DNA from: Atractiella rhizophila
Lineage: Eukaryota
NCBI GenBank assembly: GCA_021432655.1
Contig: MU271392.1
Span: forward strand, 42,247 to 75,164
Direction of reading: 5' to 3'
Length of the DNA: 32,918 nt
Shown: positions 10,330 through 21,231 of the stretch, piece after piece
Layout: each line of letters begins with the position of its first letter
Position numbering within the stretch: position 1 is the first letter of the stretch
Notes under the pieces: model-generated
Told to the model about the DNA's origin: nothing
Database searches by the model: none
What the model saw: the letters and a program-made list of their open reading frames with translations, nothing else
Position numbers and translations under genes: made by a program

Positions 10330-11917
10330 ATGCACTTAAACCTGACCACAAGCGCGAAGACCTGGCATGCACCGTCTCCGGTGGAGCGAAAGCTTGCAAT
10401 CGGTGGGTGATTTCGTTTATGTTCCCAGCAAGAGATGATGTTGATGTACTCAATCAGAGGCAAGATTTGCGAAAGACCATCGAGAGAGAGAGCAGCACCT
10501 CTACCAGACGGAAAGGGACCTGTTTTATCAAACCCAACTCGCCGCTGAAGGACGACATGGGGCGGGGTTAGGGATCGGAAGACATTATGGACGACCAATT
10601 GCTGGCGTACCACCGTTAGCCACTACGACAGGAATCGCACCGATATTACCAGTGCGACGACCAGGCTTGCCCCCGGTTCACGGGCATGCCCCAGGTTTGA
10701 GGCTTCCACCAGCTGCAGTGGCGCGGGAGAGGGAGAGGGAAATCGAGCTCGCTAGGGAACGTCAGTTGGCGTTATCAGGCGGCATTGGAGGAAGCAGAAT
10801 GCACGATGCCGCAGCATTGGAGAGGCAACGGATGCGACTAAGCACAGCGGCTGTTCTGACTGAGAATCGAGAGAGACATATTGCTGCGAGGGAAAGAGCT
10901 GTATCAGCGCAAGCAGCTATGAATGCTGAGAGAGAAAGGCGATTAAGGATGGAGAGTTTGCAATTGGAGAGGAAGGCGGCTGGGTTAAGGTTGGAGGAGG
11001 AGAAGGACCATTTGAGGCATCAAGAGCTGCATCGAGAAGCGGAGATCGAGCGAGCGAACGATTTGCATCGAGAGGAGCACCTGGCGAGGGAAGAGGGTCG
11101 GTTGGCGATGGAGGAACATCGGCTATCGAGAGCTGCTTCTGCCTTGCAGGTGGAACGCGAAAGAGATGTCATCCGAGATGAAGCGTTGCGTCACGAAGCG
11201 GTTGCGCTGCAGCACGCAGAACTGGAGGCAGATCGGGAGCATGCCATGATCCACGAAGAACGTGCAAGGGAACTCTCTCACTTGGAGAGAAGAGCAAGCA
11301 ACGCGCTGGGTCTCCCCAGTGAGTGCCCACAACCTCCAAAAGCCATCACTAAACCTTTATTAGACCATCACCTTGGTTCAGCTGGCATAGCAGATCCTTA
11401 CCTTCGCTCCTTTCACAACCCCGGACTCCTTCCCACAGGTCGACATGGCCGTCTTGCTTTTGAAGATCAGTATCCCATACCAACACATCATCACAGCTTC
11501 CCCATGTCAAGTACGAACGTTATTCCCGGCTTCCAAGTCACCTCTATCATTTCGCCTCTCGAAATACCCTGGCGAGTGCCCGGTCTCGATCCGTCGATTC
11601 ACTTCGCAAGCGCAATGCCAGCTCAACGGAGGAAGATGCTTCAAGCGCTCGTGACAGAAGCAAGGCAACTGGGAGCGAACGGACTCATCGACTGTCAGAT
11701 CGACGTTCTGCCTGACGGGGAGCTTCTAGGCTACGCAACAGCAGTTTCCGTTGTCCCTCTTGCAGGGTTGAGCCTGGCTGAAAGAGAACGCGATTTTGCC
11801 AGAGAAGTACTGAGAGAGGAAGAATATGGGTTGTATGACGCAGGATATTACGGTACAGCAGATGCAGAGTTCGAGTTGGAGAGAGAAAGAACTCAGCTTC
11901 AACATGGAGTCTTTTGA
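10330..11917 (+). CDS. E/R/H/A-rich coiled-coil protein with C-terminal YbjQ/UPF0145-like domain
   Basis: The long frame ending 11917 stays open back to an acceptor at 10457. Intron 10403-10457 links it to ATG 10330 (5' end uncertain). C-terminal FPMSSTNVIPGFQV...RRKMLQALVTEARQLGANGLIDCQID...LLGYATAV resembles the UPF0145 pattern. Confidence 0.7.
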
Positions 11918-12164
11918 ACACTGAAAGGAGGATGGACCATCCTCCTCATCGAAGTAATGTTATGACAAAGCATTGATGTATTATTGAAATATCGAATGAT
12001 TGCCTGTGAAATTGATGACATTTATTGTACATTGCGCCAGGTCAATGTTATTGCGGCTCAAGGCTTCAATATTGGTTTCCTGACCGACAGCGAACTTCAA
12101 GCACACACAGAATTGCTCACCGTTCTTCAGAATCCTGGTCATCTCAGGAACTAACGCGTACGTT

Positions 12165-12723
12165 TCATTCCGCTTGGACGAATGGATTGGAGATTTCCCC
12201 AAACCTATTCAACATATAAGCAGGGGAACCAAAGTGAACAGAAACTAACCCCTCAGCTGGATTTATGACCATGACGGTCGTTCCACGCAAGACAGCAAGA
12301 CCAAGTTGTCGTTGACGTGTTAACTCGGGATTTTCTGGGTCTAAAGAGTTGCTAAATCAACAGAAACAGAGAAGTGCACCGACCAACCTGTTATGATTTC
12401 CTCCACATCGTCCATGACGAGATTGAGAAGCTGATCAAAACCTCGAAGGATGCCGATCACTTCGCGACCTCCAACGAATTTCACGCGCATCTACGTTGAT
12501 ATCAGAGCAATTATAACGCAGAAAGAGTGACGTACCTTCTTCCCAACATGTTTTTGCAGATCTATGATTGCCTGTCGCTGCGGTTTGTCATTTCCCCCAG
12601 AGCCTTGGGAAGGACCTCCGCCTCGTCCTCTTCCTGAACCGCGTGAAGACCCTCGACCCTGAATGGATCCAAAACTTAAGACGCCTCCTTCCTCAGAAAA
12701 AGCAAACCCACCCTATCTGCCAT
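12165..12723 (-). CDS. LSM7: U6 snRNA-associated Sm-like protein Lsm7
   Basis: Five exons give MADRGRG...QRQAIIDLQKHVGKKMRVKFVGGREVIGILRGFDQLLNLVMDDVEE...RQLGLAVLRGTTVMVINPAEGFGEISNPFVQAE*. Not in the ORF track because the exons are short. Confidence 0.93.
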
Positions 12724-12833
12724 TTCGTGGTTTGTTTTGTTTGCTAGGGGTATGGGGCATCCAAGGTGAACATGGGGGGCCTAAGAGTCTCTGAATAGAT
12801 CTTGGAAACGAGTAAGAGAAACGAGCTGCTCCC

Positions 12834-14272
12834 ATGGTGAATCCACGCGTCTTCCTTGATTTTCAGTGCGAGGGAGAGTTGTTTGGTCGGTGAGCACTCT
12901 ATTACCCGTTTAACCCTTTCTCAAAATGGTTCTTCAGTGTGGTGTTTGAGCTTTTCGTCAATGAGGTACCGAAAACTTGCGAGAAGTAGCCTTTCTGTGT
13001 TTAGCTATAGAAAATGTTGAGATGGAATAACAGCTTTCGAGCGCTCTGTACAGGCGAGAAAGGAGTATCTCCAAAATCAAATGTCCCACTACACTACAAG
13101 GGATGCAGTCTGCATAAAGTGATTCCAGGTTTCATGGTTCAAGTGCGTCCTTTAGCATTCTCTGATTATGGGAGGGTTCGGAATGACGTGGTTACTGTTT
13201 TAGGGAGGAGGTACGCACCATACTGAGCCTTTGCCTTCAGAATTTCAATATCTGGAGCAGATTTTACGCGACAGAATGGAACGGGTGGGGAGAGCATCTA
13301 TGGTTCTCAATTCGCTGATGAAAACCTATCCCGAAAGCTGGATGCTGAAGGGTTGCTGTGCATGGCTAACAAAGGGCCAAAGTAAGCTTGTTTATTAGTT
13401 GCTCACACTCACGTTTTGATTATCTATAGCACTAATGCCTCCCAATTCTTCATTACACTTCGCCCTTGTCCACATCTGGATGGGATAAATGTCGTACGTC
13501 TGATCGCTATAATTTTTGATTTCAAACCAACGAGCTTTCCAGGTATTTGGCAAGGTGATCAGTGGTATTACGTTCGTCTCCAAATTTGGTCGTTGATCTG
13601 ATTAGTTTACAGGTTATGATGCAATCCTCAAGATATCTAACGTCGATGTGTCGGCGTCCAGCGTTCCCTTGAAAAAAGTCTACATCTCTCATTGCGGCGA
13701 ACTTGAACGTCGGCAGAAAAAGCCTCCACCACCGTCATCTTCTTGTACGGTTTCGCCTTTTCCATCCAAAAGTTGACCTTTGTCTTTCAGCTTCCCCTTC
13801 AGAGTCGGAAGATGAGCATCACAGGCGAAAGAGCTCCTCTAAGAAACGTCGGGCTCACGACGACGATTCGGGCGAAGAAAGTGAGGTGGAGAGGAAGAAG
13901 AAGAAACTTAAGAAGGAGAAAAAAGAGAAAAAAGAGAAAAAAGAAAAGGGCAAGAAAAAGTCGAAGAAACTTCGGTTCAAAGGAGGTGCCGAGGCTGCGA
14001 CAGACCAACCAGAAGACAACCCGACGTTGAAACATGACGCACGCCCCGAACCAACCGAAGAAGAGTTGGAGGAAATACGTCGTCGTGAAGAAGCCCGTCG
14101 ACTCGCTGAAGAGCAAGAGAGAGAAGAGAAAGCTCGGGAACTAGAGCGATTGAAGGCTCAGAATGCGAGTGGTCAGAACCAGATCAGGTATAAAGGTAGG
14201 GGGAGGATGAAGGCTCCTGATGATAACAGGGAGAAGAGGGACGATGATTGGGGGATGCGGCGATATTATTGA
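12834..14272 (+). CDS. Divergent-loop cyclophilin with K/R/E-rich C-terminal tail (PPIG/CypG-like, probably nuclear)
   Basis: [10 protein letters not shown]...[17 protein letters not shown]...[27 protein letters not shown]...[17 protein letters not shown]...[10 protein letters not shown]. About 9 exons including a 7-nt exon at 13204-13210. The tail has KKEK repeats and ends [10 protein letters not shown]...RRYY*. Confidence 0.88.
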
Positions 14273-14575
14273 TCTACTTCGTAAATGAATTTTTGACCCT
14301 CGGGTTCCTGGGGAAGTGCGCAACAATGCAGGAACTTGAAGAGCAAGCAGCGTAAAACATCAAAACATCAAGAGCATTACCGAACAGTAACAGGGAGCGA
14401 GGTACAAGACCACATTCAAGTTTGCCGAGGAAGACACCAACGTGTCGTAAACAATAACTGCAGAGCCCGCCGTCAATTCGAACTTGGAAGGGAAAGGTAC
14501 CAAATAATTATAGAAAAGTCAACCCCAAGCTCCTGTTATGCTATATCATCAAGGACTGGCGCTGGCACACACAAA

Positions 14576-16306
14576 ATGGCGTTGGTGTTTTACGTTTCTG
14601 CTTTTTCATCACCTCAGAGCATTGCGCCAATTCTTGCCAACGGTGGTACCTTCTCCATCAACTTCTCATGTAGCAACATCGCCAGAAAGTTTCTTCTCGA
14701 CCAGTGCAACACCCTAAACTTTTCCTTCGCTCAACACCTCGCTGGGACACACAACGACAGTAGTGTTACCAAAGTTGATATTTCCCGTCCCCAGTCCCGG
14801 CTGTTATACTGGAATCACTCAATTTCAACATGGTTCATCTGTTCAGACAAGCAGCCGAACGCTGCAGCTGTAACCTCGTCAATATTCCACCTCAATCCCT
14901 TCACGCAGAACATTTTAACCTTAGGGTCCAACGAAGACTCTTCTGAGTCTTCTCTTGCGTCAATTCCTCATCGCGCTGATGTCGGAATCCACGTATATCA
15001 ACATTGGGAAGACGATCCGTTTCAGCAACTACCTGTAGAACTTGTCCTAGCAGTTCTAACTCCCCTGTTAACGCCACCTAGTCAAGACAATGCCGACAAT
15101 TTACAGCAGATTCAGACATTCCGACTTGTCTGCCGTCGCTTTGCCTCCATAGCCCTTCAAGCCCTCTTCCAAGAAATCGGGAGCTTAGTCGCCAGAGGTC
15201 GACGATACGTTACTTGGAAGCACGTCAACGTCCTCAAGGTTTTGAAGAATTATGGACACCAGTTCCTTCCTTGGATCAAGAAGTTACATCTCCGGCGAAA
15301 CGACTTCCAGCAAGCAACAGGAATGTGGAATATCACATTGACTGTCTCTCGAAGGTGTCAAAACCTTCGTTCTCTCGTCCTTGAATTGCGACCCCCCAGC
15401 AACCCCAACCGTCGCCAGATCATTTTTGATGCGATAGCAGAAATCCAAAGTCTCGAGCTTTTGAATTTGGTAAATCGCAAAGACCATGGATCCTCACGAT
15501 GGCGCTTTGCCGACTTGACGTATCTGTTCCAGCGGAAACGGATAGCAAGATTTCTAAAAGAATTTCACATGCATGGATGCGATTTTCTCGATTTTGACGA
15601 AGTAGACGGCAAAGAAAACGTTGCGGCAAATCTGGAGGATCTGAACCTGGAATCGTGCAAAATTCCTTCCGCATTTTTTGAGTGGTCTACTCGCTTGTCT
15701 CATACAACCTTCGGATTGAACTCTTTTTGGCCGACTCCCAATTACGAATGTCACTCAATTTCAAAAATGATGACAACCCTTCACGACGTATTAACACATC
15801 TTCGCATAGAACATTCGCCGATGACAGAAGATATGTCTTTATACGGTGAGGCAAGGTTCTCAGACTCGCTCGACGAAGCTATTCATGGTTGCAGGTACGC
15901 TGCGAAGTTCGAGATATTCACTGCTAACATGTCCCCCAGAAATCTAGAGTGGCTTTATCTCGACGGTGGCAGTCATTCCAACTTAGTCTCGTCCGGGTTC
16001 CTCGACAATCTCGCGTGTCACAAACTGCACACGATTCATCTCTTCGCATGCGACACAACCCTCGAGCAAATCACAAAGTGGTCCAACAAACGCTTAAACA
16101 GGGGCTCTCAGAGGATTCGAGTCGCTTGGACGGAACTATTTGGCGACCCAGAGATTGATGGCCTTATAGAAAATCTGGAGCGGGAGAATTCCGACATGGA
16201 GATCAAAGGGACATCATACACAGAAACTGTGTGGATGTTTGAGCTTAGAAACATGTCCCTGTATTACTACAGTGAACCCACGGATATGAATATTTTTCGA
16301 TGGTAA
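14576..16306 (+). CDS. F-box-like protein with LRR/RNI-like C-terminal region, apparently intronless
   Basis: Uninterrupted frame of about 576 codons from ATG 14576. F-box-like PFQQLPVELVLAVL...FRLVCRRFASIALQALF, followed by LRR-like segments (CQNLRSLVL, LQSL-type repeats such as LELLNL, LEDLNL, LTHLRI, LEWLYL, LHTIHL). Confidence 0.7.
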   Translation: MALVFYVSAFSSPQSIAPILANGGTFSINFSCSNIARKFLLDQCNTLNFSFAQHLAGTHNDSSVTKVDISRPQSRLLYWNHSISTWFICSDKQPNAAAVTSSIFHLNPFTQNILTLGSNEDSSESSLASIPHRADVGIHVYQHWEDDPFQQLPVELVLAVLTPLLTPPSQDNADNLQQIQTFRLVCRRFASIALQALFQEIGSLVARGRRYVTWKHVNVLKVLKNYGHQFLPWIKKLHLRRNDFQQATGMWNITLTVSRRCQNLRSLVLELRPPSNPNRRQIIFDAIAEIQSLELLNLVNRKDHGSSRWRFADLTYLFQRKRIARFLKEFHMHGCDFLDFDEVDGKENVAANLEDLNLESCKIPSAFFEWSTRLSHTTFGLNSFWPTPNYECHSISKMMTTLHDVLTHLRIEHSPMTEDMSLYGEARFSDSLDEAIHGCRYAAKFEIFTANMSPRNLEWLYLDGGSHSNLVSSGFLDNLACHKLHTIHLFACDTTLEQITKWSNKRLNRGSQRIRVAWTELFGDPEIDGLIENLERENSDMEIKGTSYTETVWMFELRNMSLYYYSEPTDMNIFRW

Positions 16307-16741
16307 GGAGATATGCACTTCGGCTTTGGACGTTTTAAATAAAATATTACTCTCTAATCATATGCCCGCAGATTATGCATAAAAGAGAGAGAGAGAGCCC
16401 CAACTTCCATCCTGTAGAACAGTCACCTCACCCTGTTGCGGCGAGAACCTCTAAACTCGCGCTTTCACCACGCTTGAGGCGCGTATCGTGCACAGAAAAT
16501 AGCCCTTCAGGCGCTGCCTTAATAGGTAGATGATAAGCAGGATACATATTAGAAATGAGAGTGGTTGTCAGTGTCATGTCGCTCAGTGTCGCCCTCACGT
16601 ACGTCAGGAACGTCAAACAAACTCTTCCACTTCCACGACCTCTTCTTTCGCCAGTGCCACCTTTCCTCACTTCTACGTTGGTTCAGTTAGCGTTCAGCCC
16701 TTCCACTCTTCTAAACTGATTGACGCACTGCAGCAATAAAA

Positions 16742-17280
16742 ATGGTCAAAATTGAGGAAATTCCCGTTTGTCCTTTTCCCTGGACTGAGAAATTCGCTGA
16801 CGAGTTTTAAGGACGACGCTTCCAGCGGCTACGTTACCGAATCTGAGACCTCCTCAATCGCGGACCCTGACGACATAGATCTCTCACTTACGCCTTATGA
16901 TCCTTCAACCGAAACACTCCTGGACCGTATTATGTACCTGCGGTATATCTTCCCTCCCTCCGTGCTCACAGCTGCATCGCGGACTTCATCTTTCGTTTCT
17001 TGGACCGCCCGTGGGATCAGCAAAGTTAGTTGGGTACTGAGCACGACCGCTATTCTCCTCGCAGTACCGGTGGCCCTGGCCGTGGAGGGAGAGAGGATGA
17101 TGGTCATGCAAGAGAGGGAGATGAATTTGCAGCGAAGTGGACAGCAGGTGCGTCTTTCCTATCCTTTGAATGTCATGGGCGAAGAATTAATTTATGGCCA
17201 ACTGCAAATAGATATTGGGCAAAGAAGACCCGTTCGCTAAGGAGAAGCCAGCAAGCGGAGTACATCCCTCAGGTTTCTAA
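16742..17280 (+). CDS. TOM22: Mitochondrial import receptor Tom22
   Basis: MVKIEEIP|DDAS..., an acidic N-terminus, ETLLDRIMYLRYIFPP and the TM segment SWVLSTTAILLAVPVALAVEGE. Two coding introns; stop TAA at 17278-17280. Confidence 0.9.
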
Positions 17281-17373
17281 CACCGCTTACTTCACCACTT
17301 TAAAAAGTACATGGTACTCCTACTCTATTCGCGAATATTACACATCTGTCTATATTGCAGCATATGCAGTACT

Positions 17374-18413
17374 CTATTCATCTATAAACTCCTTAAGCAA
17401 CTGCATGAAGTCCTTCGGCCGCTCAGCATGAACCCAATGACCCGTCTCCATCTCTACCAGCTTGGTATTCGGGAAGAACGAGCGCATGGCCGCTTCTCCT
17501 GAAGCTTTCACATAGTTCGACCTCTTGCCCCTAATTAAGAGGGTCTTCCCCTCCCACTTTGGGGCATCGTGATCTGAAGTGGACCAAGGGAATGAACCGA
17601 GCTCGTCGATTGTTTTTATAAGGGTGGAGAGAGGGACTCGGAAGGAGAGAGGCGGAGTTGAGGAGTTCAGATTCGTGAGCAAGAACTGACGAACAGAGAG
17701 ATCCTGCAATCCAGCAACTCTTCAGGCCAAATGTTGCAATCAAATCAATGGCGTCACTCACCGACTCAACGGACTGTAGGATCTCGTCTGCTTGCTTTCG
17801 AGAAGTCACATTGCTCTCCTCAATTGCCTTCATGGTTGTCAGATAACCTTTGAAGTCGTTGGAGATCGATGCTACCCGTGGCGTTATGTCTGCGGCGACG
17901 AGGCGGGTGATTGAAGGATGTTGAAGAAGGGTTAACGTCATGGCCACCTTCCCTCCCCTACAACTTGGCTTTAAGCTGACACGACACTGAAGAAACCAAA
18001 GGAACACACATTGAGTGCCCAATCAACGTCACATCTTCCATCCCTTTCTCCTGCATGAACTCCCCAACGTCCGAAGCCATGGAAAGGTAATCGTGCCGCT
18101 CATCATGAACGGAAGCTCCATGGTTCCTCAAATCCTACTGCACAATTCATGTTACCCTGAAATCCTTGGGACAGGAGTAAAAAGTGCATACCAGAGCGAA
18201 TACTTCTCTCTTAAAGCTCTGGCTCATCGCCTTCGAGAGTGATCCCCAATTCTGCTTTGATCCCAACAATCCATGCAAGATGACAATCGGTCCTCCTTTC
18301 TGCTCTCCACTTGGGACAGGATACACAGCAGACGCAAGTCTCACCGTCTTAACCCCATTCGGAGCGGCCCAGCTTGCAGCTGAGGCAAGTCTCGCCACAA
18401 AAGTTGGTCGCAT
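17374..18413 (-). CDS. Alpha/beta hydrolase, ABHD11/YbfF-like, probable mitochondrial presequence
   Basis: PIVILHGLLGSKQNW, DLRNHG, nucleophile motif GHSM|GGKVAM, DITP and catalytic His in TGHWVHAERP. Multi-exon. Confidence 0.88.
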
Positions 18414-18425
18414 AGTTGGTAAAGT

Positions 18426-18437
18426 GATGACGTGGCA
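18426..18437 (+). promoter_or_regulatory. UPRE/XBP1-type element GATGACGTGGCA upstream of PDI
   Basis: Matches the TGACGTGG core bound by XBP1-class bZIPs. It ends 44 nt before the PDI ATG. Confidence 0.5.
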
Positions 18438-18481
18438 CTTTTAGGCGGTCAACAGAAACGACCAGTTCCAGCTTCTCCAAA

Positions 18482-19637
18482 ATGTACACCTCCACACTTT
18501 TGTCCCTGGCCCTCCTCTCAGCTCAAGTCTACGCAGGCTTAGAAGACGCAGTGCATTCCAAAAAATTGGACTCAAAGAACTTTCAGCAGTCCATCCTTCA
18601 GCCTGAACAGGGTACCCTGATCGCTTTCTTCGCTCCTTGGGTACGCTTCTCCTCTCATTGCATCACGGTGATGAGACCTTGACGCATATGACGATGTTAG
18701 TGTGGTCACTGCAAAAATTTGGCTGGAACCTGTAAGCCTCTTCTGCCTAGGATGATTGGTAAGCTGAAAGCAATGGAAAGGGGATAAGGTCGCTGGTGAG
18801 CTCTTCCCTTGGTTGTGATGGGAAAGGAAGTGAACTGTAACTGCAGAAAACTTCGAGAACGATGAACGCGTCAGTTTCTACCTCCTACTTGTTTACAGCC
18901 TCAGCTTTGAGCTGACGGGAGACATAGTGCTCTGTAGCCCATTTCGATGCAGATGCAGCTGACAACAAGGAAATTGCGCACAAGTATGGTGTGCAAGGAT
19001 ATCCCACCATTAAAGTACGGTCCTTTCCTTGACCTGGTATTGGAGCGCTAAATGAAAGGATTGGAACCAGTATTTCCCTCGTGGTGGCTCCCCAATCGAT
19101 TATTCATCCGCACGCTCCGAGCAAGCCTTCCTTGACTTTTTGAACGACAAGTGCGGCACCTTCAAAGGACCTGGAGGCGTCATCAAGGCTGACGTATGTC
19201 CGGATTTCTTGCATTCAATAGTCTGTAAACATTGAATCTTACAGGCCGGCGTCATCTCCCTCTTCGAGGGTCTTGTCTCTCAATTCTTCAACACCGCTTC
19301 CGACCTCCGCACTGAATTCCTCGATACAGTTCCTTCTCTCATGTCTGAAGCCGCCTCAAACGCTTCTTCAGCTACTAAGGATGCATACATCAAAGTCATG
19401 AAGAAGATTGTAGACAACGAGGCGTATCTGGAGAAGGAGGCGAAGCGTCTTGAGAAGCTGGTGGAGAAGAAGGGAAAGCTTGCCGGCAAGAAGTTGGAGC
19501 AGGTTATGATCAGAAAAAACCTATTGGATGCCTTTGTTAGGATTAGGGATGCTGCTATTGAGGAGGCAAAGGAGGCAAAGGAGACCGTCGAGGAGACTGT
19601 GGAGAAGGTCCAGGAGAAGGTGAAGGAGGAGTTATGA
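18482..19637 (+). CDS. Protein disulfide isomerase, TigA/PDIA6-like (one thioredoxin domain + ERp29c-like helical domain)
   Basis: Signal peptide, FFAPW|CGHCKNL, YGVQGYPTIKYF, helical C-domain YIKVMKKI...YLEKEAKRLEKL and C-terminal KEEL* (ER retention-like). Eight exons, three of them 31, 15 and 23 nt. Confidence 0.9.
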
Positions 19638-19719
19638 GCTATTGTTATTTAACTCATTCCAATTTCAAATTTTAATCTGTCTTTGGAGCGCCTCTACTAA
19701 ACCAGTTGAATTTTCTGAA

Positions 19720-20636
19720 CTATATTGGAGGACAAGGAGAACTGCCGAAGAATGGAGAATGGTTGGGACACAAAGTTTCAGTGCCCAAATGACTTCTCAA
19801 CGAGTGCCTCGATGCATTCACCCTCACTAATGAACCATCGGTCCTAGATACCATCCGAAAAATCGCATCTATCAAAACAAATCTATTCCTCCAACAGATC
19901 TCTTCCTCCACGATCACCGCCAACACGATTTGACTTAACGTATACTTAGTGCGGTCGACAAGTGTCCTCAGATGACCATCACTACAATCCCGCTGTCGAT
20001 ACCTTTGTTTAGAGTGACTCAAGCGGGCATCTTGAGTTATCCAGAACAAGCAGCTGGCGGCTGAGGAATTTCCTGTTGATGCCTTTCCTGTGTGGATGTC
20101 AGCCTTGAACGATTACGCGAAGCTCGCTCGAGAAGGATGGACGGCTATAGTGCCCGACAACTCCAATCGTTGTGATGGGATTTGACGGTTGAGAGTGGTC
20201 CAAAATCCAATTTCCGTTGTCATATCATTCTGCAAGGCTTCTGAGTTATCAGGGGTGAGGCGGAGGGAAATTTGGGAAATTATCTTGATCAGCTAGAAGT
20301 TTGGAAGTTTCTTGCTGGAGGAGAGGTTGGAGCGGTCTGTAAGGACCCCATCATTGATAGGGATGATCATCACCTTCGTGTGGTAATCAAAGTTTTTGAG
20401 GAAAAGGATCCACAGTATTTCAAGCACGAATCGACCACCTGCCAATTCTGGAACACTGCCAAGGCGTTTTTTTGCGCAATATTTATGGCAACTCCAAGGT
20501 CGGGAGTTGAATGCGATGCAATTGTTGGAAAGAGCTTCGGAACATCAGGATGATCGCTAGGATTCGAGAAGGCATTAGGAGTCAGGAGGATCTAAGATTC
20601 TGATACTGACTGAATGTAGCTCGAATACAGAATCAT
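19720..20636 (-). pseudogene. Possible decayed coding sequence (F-box-like remnant?)
   Basis: Protein-like minus-strand segments are broken by in-frame stops and a frame change (e.g. SSKKLPNF*LIKIISQISLRL). I could not build a clean spliced model. Confidence 0.2.
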
Positions 20637-21231
20637 GATGCTACCGTGCAATGTGGAAAACCAGCACAATACACTTAGGCCTTTCTTATTACACTTCTCA
20701 ATGAATCACCAGCATCCGGCGCAACAATACAACAGATGAATGCGTCTTCTTGTATGCTGCCCAATGTCTGCCATTCGCCGTACAGAGGGGACATCACTTC
20801 AAGGTAAATGCACAAGCCGCCAGTTGTGAGCATTGTGAGTCGTGGGTGGAACAAGGTGGAAAGGAAAGCAGCTCTGCCGTTCTTTCAGAGATCATAATGA
20901 ACTTTCGAAATGTAATGACATGAATAGCCTGAGCTTGGCAGCCAGCCCCGAGTCGGAAACTTGCTTCCTTTCAATTCAAGGATTTTCGAGTGACCCAGCT
21001 TCGGGTCTACATCACGAAGTTGTTGAGGGTCCAATGTTCAATGCCTCGATATCCGCATACCAGATGGAAGTTAAAGGTCCTGTGATGCTGTTTCCATCTC
21101 TCCTCCTCTGTCACTCGAGGTCTTGGCAGAGAAATGGGCAAAGAGTGAACATAAAATAGAGCGCTCCCAGTCTACGCAGCTCCAGCGCCGCTCCCTGTCT
21201 TACTCCTGCTATTTGTAGAAACTGTAAAAGT

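Noticed and set aside
10149..10613. 154-aa minus-strand ORF
   Set aside because: No recognisable motifs, and it overlaps the 5' exons of the better-supported plus-strand gene.
13894..13960. A/G-rich 9-bp tandem repeats
   Set aside because: These simply encode the KKEK low-complexity tail of the cyclophilin.
14336..14575. TTG-started N-terminal extension of the F-box-like ORF
   Set aside because: ATG 14576 has a good context (ACAAAATGG), and the extension begins only about 60 nt after the upstream gene's stop.
16384..16397. (AG)7 microsatellite
   Set aside because: Ordinary short simple repeat.
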